This document shows, piece by piece, positions 10,329 through 18,923 of a DNA stretch of 32,000 nucleotides. Below the pieces are notes generated by a model. The model made no database searches and was not told the origin of the DNA. It saw nothing but the letters and a program-made list of their open reading frames with translations. The DNA lies in sequence record OZ374592.1; one strand, given 5' to 3'. The first letter of the stretch is position 1. Each line of letters opens with the position of its first letter. Position numbers and translations under genes: made by a program.

Positions 10329-11287
10329 ATGACAAAATATCTTTATGAAAAATTTCATATCAATATCAAAAATTTAAAAAAAAACATAAGCTTAACTCAA
10401 TAATCATAGCTATATCTGGAGGACAAGATTCCTTATCCTTAATTAAATTAATACAAGATATTAAAAAATTCTACAATGATTATTTAAAAATTCACTATGT
10501 TTACGTAGATCATCAATGGAAACAAGATGGAAAACAACAAATAAAACATTTGATTAACACAATTGGCTCTAATAACAATATATTTATATATCAAATAAAA
10601 GATATTATTAAATCTGAATATAATGCAAGGCAAGCAAGATATCAAATCTTAATACAACATGCTATAAAATATAAATATAACGTCATCATAACAGCACATA
10701 CAGAAACTGATAAAGTGGAGACTTTTTATCAACAAATAATTAGAGGAACTAGCATTGATGGTGCAACAAGTTTAACATTACAAAGACTTTTAAAATCGAA
10801 TATATATATTTGGCGTCCATTAATCAATTTTAAACGAATAGAAATACAATGGTTGTGTAGAAAATATTTTTTACCTATTTGGTCGGATATTACTAACTAT
10901 GAATATAGGATTAACCGCAATCGATTGCGTAATGAACTTATGCCATATTTAAAAAGATATTTTTCACAAAATGTAGAAACTAAGATTAATTCATTTTTAA
11001 CCATTTCCGAATCAGAAAATGAATATATAAAACAAAATGCGATAAAACTATATTTAAAAAGTTGCCATAAATACAATATAGCTCTAAATTATATAATTCT
11101 AAAAAAACAACATCCTGCATTACAAGCTAGAACAATACAACTATTTATTTATCATAATTTAAATAAATGCTTATCTATCAAGATGATAGATAAAATCATC
11201 TCAGTAATTCACAATAACAATATAGAAAGAATACGATGGGATAATAAATATATAATAATATGCAATAATTGGCTATATCTTTGTTAA
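10329..11287 (+). CDS. tilS: tRNA(Ile)-lysidine synthase (ycf62), interrupted by a one-base frameshift in an A9 run as the sequence stands
   Basis: The ORF-track frame (10550-11287) stays open upstream to 10349 and encodes KHKLNSIIIAISGGQDSLSLIKL, the PP-loop SGGxDS motif, but has no ATG there. An ATG at 10329 in another frame encodes MTKYLYEKFHINIKNLKK and stops at 10401. The two frames join if the A9 run at 10376-10384 were A10. The joined length would be about 319 aa, a typical TilS size. Confidence 0.75.
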
Positions 11288-11332
11288 ATAATAAATTATT
11301 ATATAATAACAAACTGAATATGGAGTTTGCTT

Positions 11333-11656
11333 ATGAGCAATAAGATTAATAACTATATTGACGAATTATTGAAAAAGCATAAAATTATTGTATTTATAAA
11401 GGGAGAAAAATTAATGCCAATGTGTGGTTTTTCTAATACAGTAATACAAATTTTAAATAAATTTAATATAGACTATCATACAGTTAATGTGCTAGAAGAT
11501 GAATTATTAAGAAATCAAATAAAAATATATTCTCAATGGCCAACTATACCACAAGTATATATAAAAGGTGAATTTATCGGTGGCACAGATATAATGATGA
11601 ATTTATATAACACAAATAAACTACAAGAAATATTAGAAAAAGCTATACATTCATAG
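11333..11656 (+). CDS. grx: Monothiol (CGFS) glutaredoxin (ycf64)
   Basis: Contains MPMCGFSNTVIQILN and WPTIPQVYIKGEFIGG. I prefer the ATG at 11333, which has GGAG 7 nt upstream, over the TTG at 11327 used by the ORF track. Confidence 0.85.
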   Translation: MSNKINNYIDELLKKHKIIVFIKGEKLMPMCGFSNTVIQILNKFNIDYHTVNVLEDELLRNQIKIYSQWPTIPQVYIKGEFIGGTDIMMNLYNTNKLQEILEKAIHS

Positions 11657-11752
11657 AATATATATGATCAATATACAAATATTTTATAAATTCTTATCTT
11701 TTTTCTTTAAACAAGAATAATCTTTTATTAAATACATAATCACAAACTTTTA

Positions 11753-11776
11753 CTTTTATTATTGCAATAATAAAAG
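11753..11776. repeat. Perfect 24-nt palindrome cttttattattgcaataataaaag in the grx-psb30 spacer
   Basis: I checked by hand that the sequence equals its own reverse complement. It can form a 10-bp hairpin with a tgca loop, or act as a dyad-symmetric binding site. Confidence 0.6.
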
Positions 11777-11886
11777 AAATTTTTACAATAAATTCACATA
11801 AAATAAAAAATAAATATTAAACTTAAAAATAAAAACAAGTATAATTAAAATATCAACAATTAAATATAAGTAAAAGGATATCTAAT

Positions 11887-11991
11887 ATGATTAATTGGCA
11901 AGTTGTAGGTCAACTGTTATCTCTTAGTATAATTGTTTTAGTAGGACCAGCAGTGATTATACTTTTATCATTAAAAAAGGGTAATTTATAA
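11887..11991 (+). CDS. psb30: Photosystem II protein Psb30 (Ycf12)
   Basis: Hand translation gives [34 protein letters not shown] (34 aa). It is a single TM helix with the Ycf12-type ending GNL. It is not in the ORF track because it is too short. Confidence 0.85.
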   Translation: MINWQVVGQLLSLSIIVLVGPAVIILLSLKKGNL

Positions 11992-12037
11992 AAAAGCAAA
12001 TTAATGCAGAAATAAAAAGAGTTGAAATATTTACAAC

Positions 12038-12070
12038 ATGCAGACAACGTAAATCGATTTCCGTCTGCAT
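12038..12070. terminator. Stem-loop between convergent psb30 and ftrB
   Basis: atgcagac (12038-12045) pairs with gtctgcat (12063-12070), an 8-bp stem with a 17-nt loop. It lies 47 nt after the psb30 stop and 19 nt after the ftrB stop. Confidence 0.4.
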
Positions 12071-12088
12071 TAATTGCTTAAATATTAT

Positions 12089-12439
12089 TTAATTAATCTC
12101 AGATAATAAAACTTTTGAATTAATTAATTGATTTTGACCAGCAAAGTCACTATCCGGAGTTAAAAAAAGCATGCAATGACATTCTTTTCTCTCTCTCATA
12201 GGAACACAAGGGCAATTCCAGTATGTATTTAAAACTTCTTTAAATTTATCTTCATAATGACGGCAAGGACATAAAGGTGAACCATATTTATCTTTATGCT
12301 TAGCTAAACCCTCTATCACTACAGCTGTCACACTTACATCAGAACAAAAAAATGTTCCTGTTCTTTTTGCATAAACCTCTGAAAATTTACGCATAGCTTC
12401 TAAATTTTTAGGCATTGACTCTAAAAAACTTTCATTCAT
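12089..12439 (-). CDS. ftrB: Ferredoxin-thioredoxin reductase catalytic (beta) chain
   Basis: 116 aa with the CPCRHY, CPC and CHC cysteine motifs of the FTR 4Fe-4S/disulfide centre. Confidence 0.9.
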   Translation of the reverse strand: MNESFLESMPKNLEAMRKFSEVYAKRTGTFFCSDVSVTAVVIEGLAKHKDKYGSPLCPCRHYEDKFKEVLNTYWNCPCVPMRERKECHCMLFLTPDSDFAGQNQLINSKVLLSEIN

Positions 12440-12616
12440 AAATAAAATCCTTAATTATACAAAATTAAACTTATAAGCTATATATAATTACATAAAATGA
12501 AAGCAAATTATATATAAGCAAAATATTAAATTTTACAATATTTACATCAACTAATAAATAATCAAGACTATAATTATAACATTACATTATAATCTTGAAA
12601 TATAAACATTAATCAC

Positions 12617-12727
12617 ATGACGGCATCTTATTTACCATCTATTCTAGTACCACTGGTTGGTATTGTATTTCCTGGCTTAAGCATGGCTTTACTATTTTTA
12701 TATATTGAAACAGAAAATATTAACTAA
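12617..12727 (+). CDS. psaI: Photosystem I subunit VIII
   Basis: Hand translation gives [36 protein letters not shown] (36 aa), matching the PsaI N-terminal pattern [15 protein letters not shown]. Confidence 0.85.
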   Translation: MTASYLPSILVPLVGIVFPGLSMALLFLYIETENIN

Positions 12728-12757
12728 ATGACATTATTTGATACTTATAAAAACAAT

Positions 12758-12794
12758 AAGTCGTCTTATAATTTATAAAATTATAAGACGGCTT
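12758..12794. terminator. Very strong stem-loop between convergent psaI and psbJ
   Basis: aagtcgtcttataat (12758-12772) pairs with attataagacggctt (12780-12794). This gives 15 bp including one G-U pair, around a short AT loop. Confidence 0.5.
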
Positions 12795-12872
12795 ATTTTA
12801 ATAACTAATATAGTAAAAATTTCCTCAATTAGAAAAATTCTTTATCTATTCCTAACTCTTGCATACAACAAA

Positions 12873-12992
12873 TTATAAAGAAGAACCTATACCTGAATAA
12901 GAACCATAAATAAAAATTCCTAGCACTGTAATCGCAGCTATACCTCCTACAGTAGCAACTAACCACAAAGGAACTCTACCTGTACCTGTCAT
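12873..12992 (-). CDS. psbJ: Photosystem II protein J
   Basis: Hand translation gives [39 protein letters not shown] (39 aa). Confidence 0.9.
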   Translation of the reverse strand: MTGTGRVPLWLVATVGGIAAITVLGIFIYGSYSGIGSSL

Positions 12993-13080
12993 TTTTCAAT
13001 ATCTCCAATCTTAAGTTATGAATAATAAAAACAAATATATAAAAAATAATTAATATAATCTATAATAACCACCGATATAT

Positions 13081-13197
13081 CTAATTAAAGAAATAACTTG
13101 AAAACAAGACTGCAAGAACAAAAATTAACAATAGACCCCAAAATAAAGATGTACGATTCAATTCAACTGGCTCTTTATTAGGATTAGGACCACTCAT
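13081..13197 (-). CDS. psbL: Photosystem II protein L
   Basis: Hand translation gives [38 protein letters not shown] (38 aa, TAG stop). AGGAG lies just upstream. Confidence 0.9.
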   Translation of the reverse strand: MSGPNPNKEPVELNRTSLFWGLLLIFVLAVLFSSYFFN

Positions 13198-13206
13198 AAA
13201 TATCTC

Positions 13207-13341
13207 CTATCTTTGAATAAACTGCATAGATGTAATAGCACCCAGAAAAAATACGGTAGGAATTGCTAATCCATGTATCGCCAACCATCTAAATGTAAAA
13301 ATGGGATATGATATAGGCTGATTTGCATTACCTCGACTCAT
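13207..13341 (-). CDS. psbF: Cytochrome b559 beta subunit
   Basis: Hand translation gives [44 protein letters not shown] (44 aa), including the heme-ligand His context WLAIHG. Confidence 0.9.
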   Translation of the reverse strand: MSRGNANQPISYPIFTFRWLAIHGLAIPTVFFLGAITSMQFIQR

Positions 13342-13356
13342 TAGACAACCTCCTAT

Positions 13357-13611
13357 TTAAATTCCTTTAGTTAAATCTTCTAGCTCTTGTTTAGCACTAA
13401 AACGGTCATTGACCAATGGAACTTGTTGACGATCTTGTGTAAAATATTCATTTGGTCTAGGCGTTCCAAAAACATCATAAGCTAAGCCTGTACTAACAAA
13501 TAACCAACCTGCAACAAATAGAGCTGGAATAGTTATACTATGAATTACCCAGTAACGTATACTTGTAATGATATCAGAAAAAGGACGCTCGCCAGTTGAT
13601 CCTCCTGACAT
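13357..13611 (-). CDS. psbE: Cytochrome b559 alpha subunit
   Basis: 84 aa containing [25 protein letters not shown]. It heads the canonical psbEFLJ operon. Confidence 0.95.
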   Translation of the reverse strand: MSGGSTGERPFSDIITSIRYWVIHSITIPALFVAGWLFVSTGLAYDVFGTPRPNEYFTQDRQQVPLVNDRFSAKQELEDLTKGI

Positions 13612-13972
13612 AATAATTACCTCCTAATAAAAAACGTGGAAATCATATCTGTAATATATAATGAAACATGAAAATACATAAAGTTTAAACTTTTACTTTA
13701 AATATCATATTAATCAAATTATATATTAATTTTTCTTTAACGAAACAAAGAAAAATATAAAGAATATATTAATAATATTATAATGCCAAGAAACAAAATT
13801 TTTATTAAAATAATTAGTTATAAACATCCTTACAAATAAACGTTAAAATCATCTTCTAAATATAATTAATTAAAAATTTATGATGTAATACCTAAACACA
13901 ATAATAATTAATATCACTTAAACTTTCAATACACATATTATACTATTTTAATCTACAAATCTATCAAAATAA

Positions 13973-15913
13973 CTAAGATGCTATGCATAAATCAAAATAT
14001 AAACTTGTACCAACTAATAATTCGCTTTTTAAAATTATATAACTATTATGTTTAGCAACAATATTTTTAACAATAGATAAACCTAAACCTGTTCCTTCTA
14101 AAACATGTATATTATTCTCTATCCTTACAAATCTATCAAATACATTTTTTTGATCTCTAACATCAATACCAATACCTTCATCAATTATTTCTATGCGTAC
14201 AATTTCTAACTGTCTGTCCTGAAAAGAAGAATCATCTTGATGATTAAAATTATTTCTCACTGTATATGATCTTATAACAATCTGTCCTTCAATATTTGTA
14301 AATTTAATTGCATTGCTAATAAGATTAGCAAACACTTGTAATAAAGAACTTTCATGAGCCAATACATGTTTAATTCTAATATCTAACTCTATTTTTAATT
14401 TAATATTATTATAATTAGCAACTAAATAAGATGACTGAATTGTATTTTCAATAATATCATATAAATTCACAGGGACTAAATTATAATTATACTCAGATTC
14501 TAATTGAGATAAATCTAATATATCATTAACTAATGCTGCTAGACGCTTAGTTTCATTATTAGCTATATTCAAAAAATTTATTTTTTGTTGATTACTTAAA
14601 TATGAATGATAATCCAATAAAGTCTCTAAAAAAGATCCTATATTGCATAATGGGGTCCTTAATTCATGAGAAACATTTGCAATAAATTGATTTTTTGCTT
14701 CATTTAATTTAATTTCTCGACTAATATCTTGTACTATAATTGCTATACCAGTTAAAATACCACTATTGTGATCAAATACTGTTGTTAATAAAAAACGAAA
14801 AATTTTTCTTGAATTATAATCAAAATTAATGCAAATTTCTTCAGTTTTATAATTAATATTAGAAAAACAATTTGATGCAACAAGCTTATTTAAAATAGGC
14901 AATAAAGCAGTATTCACGTGTTTAGGAAAATATTTGACTATTGACTTACCAATTATATCTATATTAGACCAATTAAAAGCTTTTAAAGCTATTTTATTTA
15001 CAAATAATAACCGAAGTTCTGTATCTACCAAAATAGCACCATCAGCAATAGTTGCAACAATGATTTCTAATTTCATTTTCTCTATCATGAGTTTATCAAC
15101 ATTTTGCTTTTCGTAGGACTCTAGTTTTTCTGTCATATCATTAAAACTAGCAATTAAATTACCTAATTCACCATCAAAAGATAAAACAATTTTTTGACTA
15201 AAATTACCTGAAGCAATATTTTTAATTCCCAATAACAATTCATTGACTGGCTCTGTAATAGTTAAAGCATTAAAAGCTGCACCAATAATTACCATTAACC
15301 AGATGGAAACAAAAATAGCTATACTAATATCACTAATTAATTCAGAAGACTTAAAAGTAGTATTTGAATTAATCCCTAAATTAAGACTACCTAAATTTTG
15401 GCCATTTTTTGTTAAAGGTATTATAATATCAATAATATTATCATTAAAAATAGTATTGTATTTAACTAAAGGTATACCAAACAAAAAATCTTGTGTTTCT
15501 AATTGAAATAAATCACGATGTAATTGTAATAAATTTTGTATTCTATCATTGTAAACAGGTAAACCAAAAAATAAGTTTCCATCTACATCAAAAAACAAAA
15601 TATATCTGATACTAGAAGTACTCAAATAAACTTTCTCTACAAAACTAGCTAAATCTTTCTGATTATTAGCTTCAATAAAATCTACAATATTTGATGAAAA
15701 GAGCAATGCCAAATCTTTACAAAAACGCGTATCTGCAATAATCGAATCTTCTTGTATAGTTAATAATGCCCAAAAAGTTAAACTACTCATAATCAAAGAA
15801 ACCATAAGCGTTGTTAATGCCATTAAACGGGTTTTTAGATTTATATCTAACCACCATTTATAGATTTTATTAATTGTTTTTTTCAAAGTTATAATATTTA
15901 ATATTTTTATCAT
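13973..15913 (-). CDS. dfr: Two-component sensor histidine kinase (ycf26/dfr; Hik33/NblS-like)
   Basis: 646 aa. It has two N-terminal hydrophobic segments and a HAMP-like linker region. The H-box is NVSHELRTPL, the G1 box is IEIIDEGIGI and the G2 box is GTGLGLSIVKNIV. Confidence 0.85.
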   Translation of the reverse strand: MIKILNIITLKKTINKIYKWWLDINLKTRLMALTTLMVSLIMSSLTFWALLTIQEDSIIADTRFCKDLALLFSSNIVDFIEANNQKDLASFVEKVYLSTSSIRYILFFDVDGNLFFGLPVYNDRIQNLLQLHRDLFQLETQDFLFGIPLVKYNTIFNDNIIDIIIPLTKNGQNLGSLNLGINSNTTFKSSELISDISIAIFVSIWLMVIIGAAFNALTITEPVNELLLGIKNIASGNFSQKIVLSFDGELGNLIASFNDMTEKLESYEKQNVDKLMIEKMKLEIIVATIADGAILVDTELRLLFVNKIALKAFNWSNIDIIGKSIVKYFPKHVNTALLPILNKLVASNCFSNINYKTEEICINFDYNSRKIFRFLLTTVFDHNSGILTGIAIIVQDISREIKLNEAKNQFIANVSHELRTPLCNIGSFLETLLDYHSYLSNQQKINFLNIANNETKRLAALVNDILDLSQLESEYNYNLVPVNLYDIIENTIQSSYLVANYNNIKLKIELDIRIKHVLAHESSLLQVFANLISNAIKFTNIEGQIVIRSYTVRNNFNHQDDSSFQDRQLEIVRIEIIDEGIGIDVRDQKNVFDRFVRIENNIHVLEGTGLGLSIVKNIVAKHNSYIILKSELLVGTSLYFDLCIAS

Positions 15914-15932
15914 TTATAATAAGCAGCTAAAA

Positions 15933-16766
15933 TTACAATGACTTAATAGAGCTATCTAAATTGTTAAACATCAAATATGAAAGTACAAAATCCAAAATGA
16001 AGACACATAGTAATGATGAAACCACTGAATTTGTAGTTGATTGTCCAACACCTTTAGCACCACCATTGGCAGATAATCCCCAATAACAACTAATTAAAGA
16101 TATAAAAAAACCAAAAATCATGGTTTTTAGTAAAGATTTACCTAAATCAAGCATGGATAAAGAAGAAAAAGATGAAGTAAAAAATATGCCTGGATCTATT
16201 GAATATAAAGTAAAACAAAGAAAAGAGCTACTAGCAATACTCATAGCAAATGAAAGAAAATTCAGCATTGGTAATACAATAATGCAAGCCAGTACTCTAG
16301 GTACAACTAAATATAATATTGGATTAGTATTTAAAAGATATAAGGCATCTATTTGCTCTGTCACTTTCATAGTAGCTAATTCAGCTGTAAAATAAGATCC
16401 CATACGACCTATGATAATTACAGATGTCAACACAGGTGATAATTCACGTAAAAAAGCAATGGTTAAAATAGCACCTATTAAACTTATTGCATTAAGGTAT
16501 AAAAATTCTTTAACCAACTGTAATGTGAATACCATACTTACAAAAAATGCTGTCATTAAACTCACGGCAAGAGAACCAGGCCCAACAATTGTTAACTGTT
16601 CTATTAAAATCGATAATTCTATATCTTTTTTGAAAAAATTCAAGGCTGCATTAAGTTTAGATTGAAAGATTATTTTAATTTTTTGATACCAAATAGAAAA
16701 AATCACATATATCCTTAATAATAATTCCAAAATCTGTATATTTAATGTAAATAATCTATTGCACAT
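15933..16766 (-). CDS. ycf63: ABC transporter permease of the MlaE/TGD1 family (ycf63)
   Basis: 277 aa polytopic membrane protein with MlaE-like blocks (IVGPGSLAVSLMTAFFVSMVFTLQ, RELSPVLTSVIIIGRMGSYFTAELATMKVTEQIDAL). It ends 19 nt upstream of the dfr start. The exact start is uncertain. Confidence 0.75.
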   Translation of the reverse strand: MCNRLFTLNIQILELLLRIYVIFSIWYQKIKIIFQSKLNAALNFFKKDIELSILIEQLTIVGPGSLAVSLMTAFFVSMVFTLQLVKEFLYLNAISLIGAILTIAFLRELSPVLTSVIIIGRMGSYFTAELATMKVTEQIDALYLLNTNPILYLVVPRVLACIIVLPMLNFLSFAMSIASSSFLCFTLYSIDPGIFFTSSFSSLSMLDLGKSLLKTMIFGFFISLISCYWGLSANGGAKGVGQSTTNSVVSSLLCVFILDFVLSYLMFNNLDSSIKSL

Positions 16767-16799
16767 TTGAATAAAATATACTAAAGTATTCTATAATGA

Positions 16800-16871
16800 G
16801 GGCGGTTAGCTCAGTGGTAGAGCGCCTGCCTTACAAGCAGGTGGTCACTGGTTCAAATCCAGTACCGCCCA
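16800..16871 (+). tRNA. trnV: tRNA-Val (UAC)
   Basis: Hand fold: GGGCGGT-TA-GCTC-AGTGGTA-GAGC-G-CCTGC-CTTACAA-GCAGG-TGGTC-ACTGG-TTCAAAT-CCAGT-ACCGCCC-A. Confidence 0.9.
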
Positions 16872-16899
16872 CTACTATAAAGATTATTCTTAAATTATA

Positions 16900-16972
16900 G
16901 GGCTCATCGTCTAAGGGATTAGGACAGGGACCTTCTAAGTCTCTAATGTAGGTTCGAATCCTACTGAGCCTG
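16900..16972 (+). tRNA. trnR: tRNA-Arg (UCU)
   Basis: Hand fold: acceptor GGGCTCA/TGAGCCT (G1-U72), anticodon arm GGGAC-CTTCTAA-GTCTC, T arm GTAGG-TTCGAAT-CCTAC. Confidence 0.85.
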
Positions 16973-16974
16973 TA

Positions 16975-18030
16975 TTACAAATCTAATGCAAATATAGAAT
17001 TAACTACTTGCTTTACTTTAGCTCCTGAGTCAATAGTTTCCAATGGATCTTTACGAAGTCTATGGCGTAAACATAAAGTAATTACTTCTTTAATATCGGT
17101 AATATCTACCTGCTCTTTATTCTTATAAGCAGCAAAAGCTTTTGCTGCTCTATTAGTTACAATATCGCCTCTCAAACCATCAACGTCTAATTGCCCACAA
17201 ACTTCAGATATCTTTACCCTTAGATCATAATCAATTGTAATACTTGGTAAAACTTGCTGAGCTTCAACTATTTTATTTTTAAGCTTCTCTTGCTCTTCTT
17301 TACATTCTTCTAAACATAAATATGGATCACTATCAAACCTACTTCTTTGTTCCACAATCTTAACTCTTAAAGATGGCTCTTTCACTGTCCGAATTTCAGC
17401 GTGCATACCAAATCGATCCAATAATTGAGGCCTTAATTCACCCTCCTCAGGATTACCTGAGCCTACTAAAACAAACCTAGCTGGATGACGAATAGAAATG
17501 CCTTCTCTTTCTACTGTATTCCATCCAGATGCTGCAGAATCTAACAATATATCTACCAAATGATCATCTAAAAGGTTAACTTCGTCAACATACAAAATAC
17601 CTCTGTTTGCTTTAGCTAATAAACCTGGTTCAAAAGTTTTAACTCCCTCTGTCAATGCTTTTTCAATATCGATTGTTCCACATACCCTGTCTTCGGTTGC
17701 CCCTAAAGGTAAATCAACCATCGGAACTTTAATTAAAGCTGTATTAATATTTTGATTTTTTTCTATTTTCTGCTTAACTGATTCTGCCATTAATTCATAA
17801 TCTGAACTGTGAGAATTAAATAGATCATCCTCCACAACCTCTATTTCAGGTAATAAATCAGCAATAGCTCTAATCGTAGTTGATTTTCCTGTGCCACGAT
17901 CTCCCATAATCATAACACCACCTATCTTAGGATCAATAACATTTAAAATTAATGCTAATTTCATTTCTTCTTGACCTACAATAGCAGTAAAAGGAAAGAC
18001 AGGACGAGTTTTATCTTTTGCAATGCTCAC
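16975..18030 (-). CDS. chlI: Magnesium chelatase ATPase subunit I
   Basis: 351 aa with PVFPFTAIVGQEEMKLALILNVIDPKIGGVMIMGDRGTGKST (Walker A) and ILYVDEVNLLDDH (Walker B). The apparent start codon is GTG at 18030-18028. Confidence 0.95.
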   Translation of the reverse strand: MSIAKDKTRPVFPFTAIVGQEEMKLALILNVIDPKIGGVMIMGDRGTGKSTTIRAIADLLPEIEVVEDDLFNSHSSDYELMAESVKQKIEKNQNINTALIKVPMVDLPLGATEDRVCGTIDIEKALTEGVKTFEPGLLAKANRGILYVDEVNLLDDHLVDILLDSAASGWNTVEREGISIRHPARFVLVGSGNPEEGELRPQLLDRFGMHAEIRTVKEPSLRVKIVEQRSRFDSDPYLCLEECKEEQEKLKNKIVEAQQVLPSITIDYDLRVKISEVCGQLDVDGLRGDIVTNRAAKAFAAYKNKEQVDITDIKEVITLCLRHRLRKDPLETIDSGAKVKQVVNSIFALDL

Positions 18031-18174
18031 AATAATAAGCCTATTCTTTAAATAAATATTGTAATTATAAAGTATGATAAGTAATTACATTCAAGTAATA
18101 TACTAATAAAAAACAAATGCCTTTAAATAATAATTATAACATCTAAATTTATAACTTAAGCATGTAGAATAAAT

Positions 18175-18206
18175 AAAAAAATGTAACTCAATTAATAAAG
18201 TTACAT
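18175..18206 (-). terminator. Hairpin plus T-run downstream of psaM on the minus strand
   Basis: atgtaact (18181-18188) pairs with agttacat (18199-18206), an 8-bp stem. On the minus strand it is followed by a T6 run, the complement of A 18175-18180. Confidence 0.4.
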
Positions 18207-18269
18207 CTCATAAATCTTATACAATAACAGAATACTTAACTTAGTATTTATTTACAATCTTTATGACAA

Positions 18270-18362
18270 CTACTGATATAAATCAGTACCTAATCTAATT
18301 GCTAAAACTGCTGAAACTAAAGCAAACATTAAAGCTATAAAAATTTGACTATCACTAATCAT
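18270..18362 (-). CDS. psaM: Photosystem I subunit XII
   Basis: Hand translation gives [30 protein letters not shown] (30 aa, TAG stop). Confidence 0.85.
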   Translation of the reverse strand: MISDSQIFIALMFALVSAVLAIRLGTDLYQ

Positions 18363-18581
18363 AAGAAAAAACCCTTAGCTTGTTAATAATTAAATATATT
18401 ATTAAAAATATTTATGAAAACAATAAATATAAAATAAATATTAGAATTCTAATATGACTATTATATTAATAAACTATATTATAATTTAAGAAAAAATAGA
18501 ATTGTAAATAAATTTACAATTAATTTTAACAAAAAATAAAATACCATCAATTATATTTTAAAATTTATACATTTAATTCAC

Positions 18582-18923
18582 TTACTTAAAAATAGTAAAA
18601 TTTAGGTTGCTACTAATAAATGGATTCGTCTTACTAATAACTATAATATGATTATACTGATAAATAATAAGCATTAACACAGATAAATCAAAATAATTTA
18701 AGACTCCATCATTCATTTCTACAATTATCTGATTATCTTCACACTTTAATAAATCATATATGTAATCTTTGTTATTATTACAAAACGTTTGATTTTTCAA
18801 ATAAAAACAAGAGAAGAGGTTACAAACCTTCAAAACATTATTATGATCAACTTTAAGTTTCATATTCTTATCAGAAAAAGCTTTTTTTACTAAATATATA
18901 TTATAAATTACAATAATAGGCAA
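18582..18923 (-). CDS. Hypothetical protein (orf113); possibly one of the conserved red-algal ycf ORFs, which I cannot place
   Basis: 113 codons from a TTG start, or 93 codons from the ATG at 18863. That is a long open frame for such AT-rich, stop-codon-prone DNA. I recognise no motif. The product is Asn/Ile/Lys-rich with four Cys. Confidence 0.4.
   Translation of the reverse strand: MPIIVIYNIYLVKKAFSDKNMKLKVDHNNVLKVCNLFSCFYLKNQTFCNNNKDYIYDLLKCEDNQIIVEMNDGVLNYFDLSVLMLIIYQYNHIIVISKTNPFISSNLNFTIFK

Noticed and set aside
13726-13827. 33-codon minus-strand ORF (MFITNYFNKNFVSWHYNIINIFFIFFFVSLKKN) in the psbE-dfr spacer. Its first residues vaguely recall PetL.
   Set aside because: The middle is polar, so there is no clean single TM helix as in PetL or other small thylakoid subunits. 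There is no Shine-Dalgarno sequence. An ORF this short can arise by chance.
14934-15506. Two plus-strand ORFs (60 and 87 aa)
   Set aside because: Both are antisense to the dfr histidine kinase. Their hydrophobic, Ile-rich composition is what the complement of an AT-rich coding strand would give.
16120-16665. Two plus-strand ORFs (91 and 84 aa)
   Set aside because: Both are antisense to ycf63, so they are shadow frames.
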